Source: Glycomyces sp. NPDC021274 (GTDB taxonomy: Bacteria > Actinomycetota > Actinomycetes > Mycobacteriales > Micromonosporaceae). Taken from it: 24,000 nucleotides of DNA. Below the pieces are notes generated by a model that worked only from the letters and a program-made list of their open reading frames with translations, was not told the origin of the DNA and made no database searches. Position 1 is the first letter of the stretch, and the number at the start of each line of letters is the position of its first letter. The stretch spans positions 85,866-109,865 of the forward strand of contig NZ_JBFADC010000005.1 of assembly GCF_040641195.1 (NCBI RefSeq), read 5' to 3'. Positions 15,399 to 22,901 of this stretch are shown piece by piece. A program made the position numbers and the translations under genes.

Positions 15399-15929
15399 AT
15401 GCCGACCTTCCAGCAGTGCCTCGACGCCAACCCCGCCCAGCTCATGACCCTCGGCGCCTCCATCGCCGGGGCCGCCGCGCAGCTGACCCAGCTCGGCGCG
15501 ACCTACGGCCAGACCGTCGCCGGCCTCGCCGCCTCCTGGCAGGGCAAGGACTACCAGGAACTCGTCAAATGGTCCACAGAGGTCGGTCTGTTCATCGGCC
15601 GCAGCGACGCCGCGATGCTCACCTGCGCCGGCGCCCTCGAAGGCACCGGCGCCGCCCTCATGGCCACCTGCTTCGCCATGAAGGCCACCAAGCAGGCCGC
15701 CGAAGCCGTCGGCTACAAGGTCCTGCCTACCCCGTTCGTGATCCTCGGCCCCAGCCAGTGGTCCCAGGTCTCCTCGGCCGGACCCGCCGCCCCGGCGGTC
15801 CTCGCCGCCTACCAGTCCGGCGCGATCGCGTTCACCACCGCGCTGGTCTCCATGTACACCGCGGTCATCGCCCAGGACACCGCCGGGTACGCGATCATCC
15901 GCACCGCCCTCGCCCTGAGCCCGTCGTAG
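15399..15929 (+). CDS. WXG100-like protein with C-terminal extension
   Basis: The 176-aa product has a helix-turn-helix with W-x-G (LAASWQGKDYQEL) and then a hydrophobic helical extension rich in Ala, Gly and Thr. A GGAGGAG Shine-Dalgarno lies upstream. Confidence 0.8.
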   Translation: MPTFQQCLDANPAQLMTLGASIAGAAAQLTQLGATYGQTVAGLAASWQGKDYQELVKWSTEVGLFIGRSDAAMLTCAGALEGTGAALMATCFAMKATKQAAEAVGYKVLPTPFVILGPSQWSQVSSAGPAAPAVLAAYQSGAIAFTTALVSMYTAVIAQDTAGYAIIRTALALSPS

Positions 15930-15941
15930 AAAGCCCGGCCC

Positions 15942-16502
15942 ATGACGACGAGCAAGCACGGCAGTCCGCTCCCCAGCAGCAATGCCCGCAAGCCGGTGCA
16001 CGCCAACGCGACCACACTTGCGACCGCACCGAACTTCCGCCGCACCATCGGAACCCGCGTCGGCTACGGAGAGACGCCGCTCGGACGGCATGTCGCCGAC
16101 ATGCGGCAGGTGCGGCACCGACCGCCGCCGCCCACGCTCGACCCGGGCATGGGCCGAAACATCGCGGCTGCACGGCTCAGCGACGGCAGCGTGATCGACG
16201 GCGTGAGCGGCAACCCCCACGGATGCTCCGAGAACGAGATCCAGGGCAAGCTCGACGCGCTCAACAACGGGCGGACACCACCGTTGAAGATCGAGGAGCT
16301 CTATACGGAGCGCCAGCCGTGCTGCAACTGCGAGAACCTGATGAACACCAAGCACTCCGGAGCCGACGTGAACTGGACTGTCGAACACTTCGACGTGCCG
16401 GGTACGCCCTCTACTCCCGAGGAGGCGAAGGCACTCCGTCAGCTGAAGAACCTCGAAACGGCCGAGCTGAAGCGCGCGGCGTACACGTACCATGGCATCT
16501 GA
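15942..16502 (+). CDS. stand-alone nucleic-acid deaminase-fold toxin (CxE ... PCxxC)
   Basis: The product is 186 aa. The C-terminal ~110 aa carry the zinc-deaminase signature HGCSENE, then 28 aa, then QPCCNCE. This is compact, like the bacterial toxin deaminases (SCP1.201/DddA-like clade suspected). The N-terminal ~75 aa are low in complexity. An immunity-like gene follows. Confidence 0.8.
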   Translation: MTTSKHGSPLPSSNARKPVHANATTLATAPNFRRTIGTRVGYGETPLGRHVADMRQVRHRPPPPTLDPGMGRNIAAARLSDGSVIDGVSGNPHGCSENEIQGKLDALNNGRTPPLKIEELYTERQPCCNCENLMNTKHSGADVNWTVEHFDVPGTPSTPEEAKALRQLKNLETAELKRAAYTYHGI

Positions 16503-16529
16503 TCCCGAACAGCGAGAAGAGGTCCCTCG

Positions 16530-16919
16530 GTGAGTCTTGACCAGGCGTCCGACGACGAATTGGAACGGGTGCGCGGCCTGGTGGCGGACGCGTTGGAGTC
16601 GGCGGGCATCCGCTGGCAGTTGCATGAGAAGCCGCAGTCGTACGCGGTCGCGCAAGTGACCATCGACTACGGCCGGGACTCCGGCCGCGGCGTGTTCGTC
16701 TCCTGGGAGCAGAGCCTCGCCGAGCACGAGTCGCTCATGCGCCTCGTCCGCGAAGGCGACCACATGAACCCGCGCATCCTCGCCGCAGACGACGAGGCCC
16801 AAGCAGTCAACGCGCGGCTCCAGGCGGCGCTGCGCGCGGCCGGCATCGAATCCGAGGACGCCGAGAACGACTTCGCCCCCTACCTGCTGCGAATCGTCTC
16901 CGCCCCGGGCACCGCCTAG
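16530..16919 (+). CDS. putative deaminase immunity protein
   Basis: GTG 16530 is the first start codon after the toxin stop, 27 nt downstream. The product is a 129-aa acidic cytoplasmic protein. A decayed paralogue lies at 13766-14052. The role is inferred from position. Confidence 0.75.
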   Translation: MSLDQASDDELERVRGLVADALESAGIRWQLHEKPQSYAVAQVTIDYGRDSGRGVFVSWEQSLAEHESLMRLVREGDHMNPRILAADDEAQAVNARLQAALRAAGIESEDAENDFAPYLLRIVSAPGTA

Positions 16920-16944
16920 TACCCGGCCACGACTGGAGCTCCAC

Positions 16945-17655
16945 ATGACCCCCGCTGAAGACCCCAAGCCGTTCGAGTTCGCGGTGCCCGAGGACTACGA
17001 GCGGCACATCGACGAGGCGCGGGCCGCGCTCGACGTCGTGCCCCGCAACGAGAACTGGGAGAACGCCCAGCGCGTCCTCGCCGACCCGCCCAGCCGTGAA
17101 GCGATCGAGGCCGCACAGCGCGAAGCCGCCGAGGCCATGGCGATGCTCGCCGCGTTCCAGCAGGCCCGCCACACCGGCTACGACCCCGACCAGACCACCA
17201 AGGTCGTCATCGACGCCGCCGGGGAACTGCGCGAACTCGAATTCGGCGTCGACGCCGTCCGCCTGGGCAACCACGGCCTCGCCGACGCCATCGGCCTCGC
17301 CTGGGCCGCGGCACAGGACGCGCGCGCCGAGAGCCAAGGCGACTACACCTCGCGCACCGGCGCGCTCGGCGGCGGCAACACCCCCGCCGAGCAGGTGCTC
17401 GCCGACATCGAGTTCGCCCTCAGCGCCCGCGAGCACGAGCGCTTCGGGGCCACCACCGAGGACGGGCTCACCAAACTCGCCGTCAACCTGCGCGGACGCC
17501 TCACCGAGGTGGTGTTCCTGCAGAACAACGTCCTCAACCTCACCGACCGCCACACCCTCGCCGAACAGCTCACCGCCGCCGTGCAGCGGGCGCAGTCGGA
17601 CGCGGCGGCCGTCGTCGGCGAGATCGGCGCCGCCCACTACGCCCGGTTGGGATAG
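16945..17655 (+). CDS. tandem YbaB/EbfC-like domain protein
   Basis: The 236-aa product has two YbaB-type cores: TKVVIDAAGELRELEFGVDAVRLGNHGLADAIGLAWAAAQ and LTKLAVNLRGRLTEVVFLQNNVLNLTDRHTLAEQLTAAVQRAQ. Confidence 0.8.
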   Translation: MTPAEDPKPFEFAVPEDYERHIDEARAALDVVPRNENWENAQRVLADPPSREAIEAAQREAAEAMAMLAAFQQARHTGYDPDQTTKVVIDAAGELRELEFGVDAVRLGNHGLADAIGLAWAAAQDARAESQGDYTSRTGALGGGNTPAEQVLADIEFALSAREHERFGATTEDGLTKLAVNLRGRLTEVVFLQNNVLNLTDRHTLAEQLTAAVQRAQSDAAAVVGEIGAAHYARLG

Positions 17656-17772
17656 CGCCCGCCGCGGCGGTGAGCTGCTCTAACGGCCGCCCCTACCGCT
17701 CGTGCAGCGGTGCGCTCCGCACGCGTTTGTTCGGTATTGTCATGGTGACGTCCACCGAAGTGAGCCGCCGCT

Positions 17773-18531
17773 GTGACCGATCCCGGCCAGACTTTCACCG
17801 ACATCGATGAATATGTGACGCTGCGCCTCGACGACGACAAGATCATCGTCGCGGTGACGGCCGCCGGTTTCCGCCAACCCCCGAGCACCATCGCACGCCT
17901 GGTCACCGAACTCGCCGCCCGGCTGCCCCGCCCCGGCGCCGAAGCCGACGCCGCGGTCGCCAACGGCATCAAGGCCATCGGCGAACTCCAGGACGCCGCC
18001 GCCACCGGCGGCTACGAGGCCTTCGCCGCCATGATGCGCGGGCGCCTCGGCATCGGCGGCGTCGCCAGCCCGATCGGCCCCAACACCCTCAGCCGCGACC
18101 CCGAGCACGACCGCGCCCTCGCCGGCCACCTCGACGGCGTCCTCAAGACCATGCGCGCCGCCCAGACCGCCCGCACCGGGCCCGCCGCCGACCGCGACCA
18201 CCTCGACGTCAAAGTCCACAGCGACGAAGGCGACCTCAGCGTCACCGCCAGCGCCGAACGCGCCGTCGCCGCCGTCTGGATCGGACCCACCGCCCGCCAG
18301 CGGGGCCTCGACGGCCTCGGCCGGGCGCTCACCGACCTCATCGCCCGCGCCCGCGACGAACTGCGCCGCGCAGCAGAGCAGCGCGCCCGGGACACCCTCC
18401 CCGCCGACCTCGCCCGCAAGACCGAGCAGGCCCCCGCCGCCGCCGACCGCGCCACCCGCGCCGCCGGGGACATGGCCGAACGCGTCCAGCAGCTCAGCGA
18501 CAGCATCCAGCGAAAGGCAGGACCCCGATGA
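17773..18531 (+). CDS. hypothetical protein with a possible N-terminal YbaB-like core and an Ala/Arg-rich helical C-terminus
   Basis: GTG 17773 has only a weak Shine-Dalgarno. The 252-aa ORF has high GC3 and contains VTLRLDDDKIIVAVTAAGFRQPPSTIARLVTELAA near its N-terminus. The stop overlaps the next start (ATGA 18528-18531). Confidence 0.65.
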   Translation: MTDPGQTFTDIDEYVTLRLDDDKIIVAVTAAGFRQPPSTIARLVTELAARLPRPGAEADAAVANGIKAIGELQDAAATGGYEAFAAMMRGRLGIGGVASPIGPNTLSRDPEHDRALAGHLDGVLKTMRAAQTARTGPAADRDHLDVKVHSDEGDLSVTASAERAVAAVWIGPTARQRGLDGLGRALTDLIARARDELRRAAEQRARDTLPADLARKTEQAPAAADRATRAAGDMAERVQQLSDSIQRKAGPR

Positions 18532-18833
18532 CCCGCGTCTTCGACAGCGAATTCGTCCGGCAGCTCGGCGCCGACATCGAGGCCAAGGTGGTCCCGATCC
18601 TGGAGAGCACCGACGAGTACCTCCAGGTCATGAGCGAGATCGACCGCGGCCTCTACACCACCGTCACCCTCCCCATGGCCGCCGCCTACTCCATCGCCAC
18701 GTCCACCGTCACCGAGTCCATGGCCGGAGCCGCCGCATGCTTCCGCGAGGTCAACGCCGCACTTGACGCGTGCGCGCAGGATATGGACGACACCGACGAA
18801 GCCTGCGCCACCGCGTTCGGCGCGAACGGATAG
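18528..18833 (+). CDS. small helical ESX-like protein (hypothetical)
   Basis: The product is 101 aa, acidic and predicted helical. The gene is translationally coupled to the upstream gene. Confidence 0.7.
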   Translation: MTRVFDSEFVRQLGADIEAKVVPILESTDEYLQVMSEIDRGLYTTVTLPMAAAYSIATSTVTESMAGAAACFREVNAALDACAQDMDDTDEACATAFGANG

Positions 18834-18845
18834 GAGCGGGCGACC

Positions 18846-19817
18846 ATGTCAACGGGGCAGAGCATCATGGAGGCCGGGGAGGCGATGGCCGGTGAGTACA
18901 ACGCCGTCATCAAGGGCTGCGCCATCGGCATCGCCGCGCCCGCCATCGCCTTCGGGCTCTCCACGCAGGCGCTCGCCACCGTCGTCTACCTCAACCAGTG
19001 CAACCCCGGCGACATCATGAAAGGCGCCGGCGCCTGGATCGCCTTGGCGGAGAAGAACCTCGAAGCGGTCGAAGCGCTCCAGGCCGAGGTCGACAAGGTC
19101 GACGACGAGCACTGGTCGGGCGCCGACGCCGAAGCGTTCAAAGCCGCCTCCGGGGACGTGAAGGCCCAGCTCACCCAGCTCGCCGTCAACGCCTACCTCG
19201 TCGGCGCGCAGCTGCTCGCGTTCGCGGTGATGCTCACCGTCTTCTGGATGTTCCTCACCGCCGCCACCGCCATCATGGCCGTCTACTTCGGCGCGTACAT
19301 CGCGGCCCTGTCGGGCGTCGTCAGCGCCGTCGGCGCCCCCGCGATCATGGCCAGCGCGAACGTCACGGCCGCCTCCCTGCTGGCCACCGCCAAGAGCTTC
19401 GAGGCCACCCTCATTTCCATCTCGACCGGGTGCGCGGCGATCACCGGTGCGATGTCGGTGTTCACGTTCGCGTTCCAGAAGTCCCAGGGCAACCCGGTCT
19501 CGCCGCTCGACATCGCCGGCGCGGGCCTGGCCAACATGCTCGAGGGCCTGCTCGTGTACGGCATCAACGCCGCCACGATGACCTCGGGCGGGCGGCACGC
19601 CACGGGGGCGCTGGCCAGCGGCTGGGCGCTCGCGGGGCACCTCACCCAGGCCGCCTCGACGTTCTTCCCCGCGTACAAGGGCGAGGACGACGGATGGGAG
19701 GCCGGGTTCGACGGCGGCGGGCCGCTGCTCGGCGTCCCCGACTCGGCGCTCAACTGGCTGTGGGAGGACAACGCGCCCGAGTCGATGAAGAACCCCGAAG
19801 ACCTGGACTGGTCCTGA
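18846..19817 (+). CDS. WXG100-like domain fused to a multi-helix hydrophobic region
   Basis: The 323-aa product has W-x-G at DDEHWSGADAEAF within a helix-turn-helix. About 150 aa of hydrophobic helices follow (LLAFAVMLTVFWMFLTAATAIMAVYFGAYIAAL...), then an acidic, Trp-rich tail. GGAGCGGG lies upstream of the ATG. Confidence 0.8.
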   Translation: MSTGQSIMEAGEAMAGEYNAVIKGCAIGIAAPAIAFGLSTQALATVVYLNQCNPGDIMKGAGAWIALAEKNLEAVEALQAEVDKVDDEHWSGADAEAFKAASGDVKAQLTQLAVNAYLVGAQLLAFAVMLTVFWMFLTAATAIMAVYFGAYIAALSGVVSAVGAPAIMASANVTAASLLATAKSFEATLISISTGCAAITGAMSVFTFAFQKSQGNPVSPLDIAGAGLANMLEGLLVYGINAATMTSGGRHATGALASGWALAGHLTQAASTFFPAYKGEDDGWEAGFDGGGPLLGVPDSALNWLWEDNAPESMKNPEDLDWS

Positions 19818-21172
19818 TGCGCACCGGGAGCCCTTCGTTCCGGCCGCCGCGGCCGGGCTGGGAGATCGCCCGCATCGGCGAGCCGCGCCCGGCGGACGGC
19901 GGCGTGCTGGACCTGCGGGTCGGCCACTGCGGCGGCGCGACCGACAAGACGCCGGCCCAAGCGGCGGTGAACATCTCGGAGCGCCGGAAGGCGGGCGACC
20001 CGATCGCCGTCTGGAGCGACCTGCGGTCGAGCCTCGTCCCGGTCGTGCTCGTCGACGGCACGCCGGTCGCGACCGGCTGGGGCCGCATCGAACTGCCGCT
20101 CCCCGCGGGCCGGCACCTGATCGAGGTGCAGAGCCAGCACTCGCGCACGTGGCGGGCGTTCGACATCGCGGCGGGGAAGGCCACGAAGCTCGACTACATC
20201 GGGATGCTCGGCGAAGCGCACCGGGCGTACGGCGAAGCGGAGCTGCGGTGGAACCTCCAGGGCCTGCACGGGCACACGGTGGGGCCGCGCGGGCGTCTGA
20301 ACTACTTCCAGTACCTGCCCGCGAACGCCAAGGAGCGCAAAAGCTTCCTCGCTTTCATGCTCGCGGCGCTCGTAGGCGCGACGCTCTCGGCCGCGCTCGC
20401 GTACGCGGGCGTCCCGGCCGGCATCGCGATCCCGGCGGGCGCCGTCATCTGGGCGAGCGCCCTGGCGGCGTGGGGGATCAGGGTCCTGTGGACGCACCTG
20501 CGGTACAACCGGCTCGCGCCCGAAGCGCCGCTCGACACGCGCCCGTTCACCCGCGGCACGGCCGCGCCGCTCGTGCTCGACGCCGACGGGGACCTGCCCG
20601 AACTGGGGCCGGGGGCGGCGGCGGTGCTCCTCGACGCGCGGTTCCTGAAGGCCGACCTCGCCTCCGACGAGCTGGCGCTGCAGCTGCCCGAAGGCCAGGA
20701 CCGCATCGACGGGAAGCAGGCCAAGGCGTTCAACGCGGTCGGCGAGGTCGTCCCGATCCGGCACCGGTACGCCGTGCCGCCGCCGGAGGTCCTGCTCGAC
20801 GGGGTCGCCTTGGGGGCCTTCTGGACCCGCATGTGGCTCGCGGTGCCGCCCGGGACGCACCGGCTCGAGGTGCGCACGCCGGCCGCGCCGCTCCCGGTCG
20901 AAGGGCGGGCGCATCAGCCGCACACCGCCGTCGCCACGGTCAACGTCGACGCGGGCGAGGTCGCCCGGGTCGACCTCTCGGTCACGGTGACCGCGGTGCC
21001 CGACCCGCTGCGTCCCGTGCTGCACCTCTGGCACTGCCGCATCGACCGGCTCGGCCCCGCCGCGGCGCACGAGGCGCCCGCCGTTCCGAGGGCCGACGTC
21101 CGCGGCGGCCTGCGCCGCGCCGTCACGGGCCGGTACTGGGAGACCAAAGACGACATTCCTCCCACGCGGTGA
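19817..21172 (+). CDS. membrane protein with two PEGA-like beta-sandwich repeats flanking a TM hairpin
   Basis: ATG 19817 overlaps the upstream stop by 1 nt (TGATG). The first 273 aa of the 724-aa ORF-track entry are an out-of-frame shadow of 18846-19817. The 451-aa product contains VDGTPVATGWGRIELPLPAGRHLIEVQ and LDGVALGAFWTRMWLAVPPGTHRLEVR on either side of two TM helices. Confidence 0.75.
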   Translation: MRTGSPSFRPPRPGWEIARIGEPRPADGGVLDLRVGHCGGATDKTPAQAAVNISERRKAGDPIAVWSDLRSSLVPVVLVDGTPVATGWGRIELPLPAGRHLIEVQSQHSRTWRAFDIAAGKATKLDYIGMLGEAHRAYGEAELRWNLQGLHGHTVGPRGRLNYFQYLPANAKERKSFLAFMLAALVGATLSAALAYAGVPAGIAIPAGAVIWASALAAWGIRVLWTHLRYNRLAPEAPLDTRPFTRGTAAPLVLDADGDLPELGPGAAAVLLDARFLKADLASDELALQLPEGQDRIDGKQAKAFNAVGEVVPIRHRYAVPPPEVLLDGVALGAFWTRMWLAVPPGTHRLEVRTPAAPLPVEGRAHQPHTAVATVNVDAGEVARVDLSVTVTAVPDPLRPVLHLWHCRIDRLGPAAAHEAPAVPRADVRGGLRRAVTGRYWETKDDIPPTR

Positions 21173-21260
21173 TCACGGTCTTTCGCGAGGTTCCATCGAT
21201 GGCGCCTTGTTGCTACCGTGAACCCGTCCGGTCACCCCTGAAGCCGCGAGGTGCGTATCG

Positions 21261-22862
21261 ATGAGCGACAACTCGAGTGCGTCCTACCCTGGACTCGACG
21301 CCGCCGCGCCGGCCATGGGTGCCCCCGCGTTCGGCAGTGCCGCGCCGCCCGCGGCGCCTCCGCCGCCCCCGCCTCCCGCTGACGAGACGGTCGCCCCGCC
21401 GGTGGCCGAGGAGAGCCTCCCCGCTGGCCGCACGCCCTGCTCGAACCCCAACTGCGGCAACCCGACCGAGCACCCCGCCGAACTGGACTGGCAGCAGCTC
21501 GTCTCGGCCGTGCCCGTCACGGGCCAGCTGTACCGCCTGCGCCCCAAGGAAGCCGGGATGGCGTTCCCGACCGAGGCCGACTTCCGCGCGGCCGTCGCCG
21601 CCGTGCGGCCCGAGCGCGCCGACGCGCACTCGCTCGAGCACCTGCGCAACGCCTGGAGCGAGAACGTGACCGGGCGGATCGCCGACTGGTCCGAGCAGAT
21701 CAAGTCCAACCTGAACGAGCTCGCCGAAGGCTGGTCGGGCACCGACTTCGAGGCCTTCGAGGCCACATGCACGCAGACGCGCGAACTCGTCGACGACCTG
21801 GTCGACGACATCGACGCCACCGTCGCCAACCTGCAGTCCACTGAGGAGGCGCTCTACTCGATCCAAGGCGGCAGCTCGGGCGAGATCCCGTACCCCGCAC
21901 CGCAGTTCTGGATCGACGGCGACTGGCACAGCTGGGTGTCGGTGCATGTGCGGCCCGCGTGGTGGCACGGCGACTGCATCGAGTACACCTGCCAGGACGC
22001 CGAGCACGTGCTCGCCCTCGGCGGCGCCGAACCCGAGCTCGCCACCGAGATCATCGACTACATCGACGAGCGCATCCTCCACTACATCGACTACTACGCC
22101 AGCCCCGTCAACATCGAGCGCGACGGCCTCGACCCCACGAAGGGCCTCACAGTCGTGGAGGCCAAGGAGCTCGCCGTCGCCGACGCGATGGAGCACTACG
22201 GGACCCTCGTCGACCAGAGCTGGGGCGCGTACGACGCCCGCCAAGCAGAGTCCAATGAGGACATTCAGCAGCGGAGCACCGACACCGATGCCGAGGACCG
22301 CTCCGTGCGGACCGTGCACAGCGACAAGGAGTACCCGCCGTCCGCCGACCCGGCGTACATGAACCTCGAACCCCCGCCGATGGAGCAGCCCAGCGGCAGC
22401 GCGCAGCCCATGGCCAGCGAAGACCCCTCGCTCGACCCGCCCGTCGGCGAGACCCCCGCCGAACCGGTCGACCCAGCGGCGCCCGACGATCCCGCGGAGG
22501 ACGACGGCGAGGAGCCGAGCGGCGGCCTGGCGAGCGGCGGCGCGGGCACGGGCACCGCGGGCGGCTTCGGCGGAGGAGGCGGCGGCGGTTTCGGCGCTGG
22601 TGCCGTACCTGCAAGTGCCACTTCGGGTTCCGGCGCTTCGATGGGCGGCGCCCTCGGCGGCGCGGCCCTCGGCGCGGCAGCGGGCGGTGCCGCGGCCGCC
22701 ACGGGATCGCGCGGCTCCGCGGCCATGATGAGCGGTGGCGGCGGGGCGGGAGCCGGGCGCGGCATGAACATGGACGACAAGGACCGCGAACCGGACGTCG
22801 ACCTGGTCGAGGACGAGAACATGTGGGGCTTCGTCAACGAGGACGACGACCCCTACGCTTAA
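21261..22862 (+). CDS. large mosaic WXG-like protein (Pro-rich N-terminus, WXG helix pair, Cys/Trp-rich domain, Gly/Ala-rich tail)
   Basis: The product is 533 aa, with a GAGGTG Shine-Dalgarno upstream. It contains PPPPPPP and CSNPNCGNPTEH near the N-terminus and W-x-G at LAEGWSGTDFEAF. A Gly/Ala/Ser low-complexity region of about 90 aa follows (about 22500-22770). The C-terminus is acidic (EDENMWGFVNEDDDPYA). Confidence 0.8.
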   Translation: MSDNSSASYPGLDAAAPAMGAPAFGSAAPPAAPPPPPPPADETVAPPVAEESLPAGRTPCSNPNCGNPTEHPAELDWQQLVSAVPVTGQLYRLRPKEAGMAFPTEADFRAAVAAVRPERADAHSLEHLRNAWSENVTGRIADWSEQIKSNLNELAEGWSGTDFEAFEATCTQTRELVDDLVDDIDATVANLQSTEEALYSIQGGSSGEIPYPAPQFWIDGDWHSWVSVHVRPAWWHGDCIEYTCQDAEHVLALGGAEPELATEIIDYIDERILHYIDYYASPVNIERDGLDPTKGLTVVEAKELAVADAMEHYGTLVDQSWGAYDARQAESNEDIQQRSTDTDAEDRSVRTVHSDKEYPPSADPAYMNLEPPPMEQPSGSAQPMASEDPSLDPPVGETPAEPVDPAAPDDPAEDDGEEPSGGLASGGAGTGTAGGFGGGGGGGFGAGAVPASATSGSGASMGGALGGAALGAAAGGAAAATGSRGSAAMMSGGGGAGAGRGMNMDDKDREPDVDLVEDENMWGFVNEDDDPYA

Positions 22863-22901
22863 CGCACCCCGTCCCTGAAACCTTCGGAAAGGAACCCTGA
22901 G

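Noticed and set aside
17659-17722. Palindrome CCGCCGCGGCGG and the small hairpins CCGCT-N5-AGCGG and GTGCG-CTC-CGCAC, followed by GCGTTTGTT, after the 16945-17655 gene.
   Set aside because: The stems are only 4-5 bp. This may be a weak attenuator or terminator between 17655 and 17773, but the evidence is insufficient for a feature call.
18998-19816. N-terminal 273 aa of the 724-aa plus-strand ORF.
   Set aside because: This part is out of frame over the 18846-19817 gene and is Arg-rich nonsense. The real gene starts at ATG 19817, which overlaps the upstream stop.
22500-22770. GGC/GCG-rich repetitive DNA, considered as a possible independent tandem repeat element.
   Set aside because: It is in frame within the 21261-22862 CDS and simply encodes the Gly/Ala/Ser low-complexity tail. 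No unit-length periodicity is evident beyond codon repetition.
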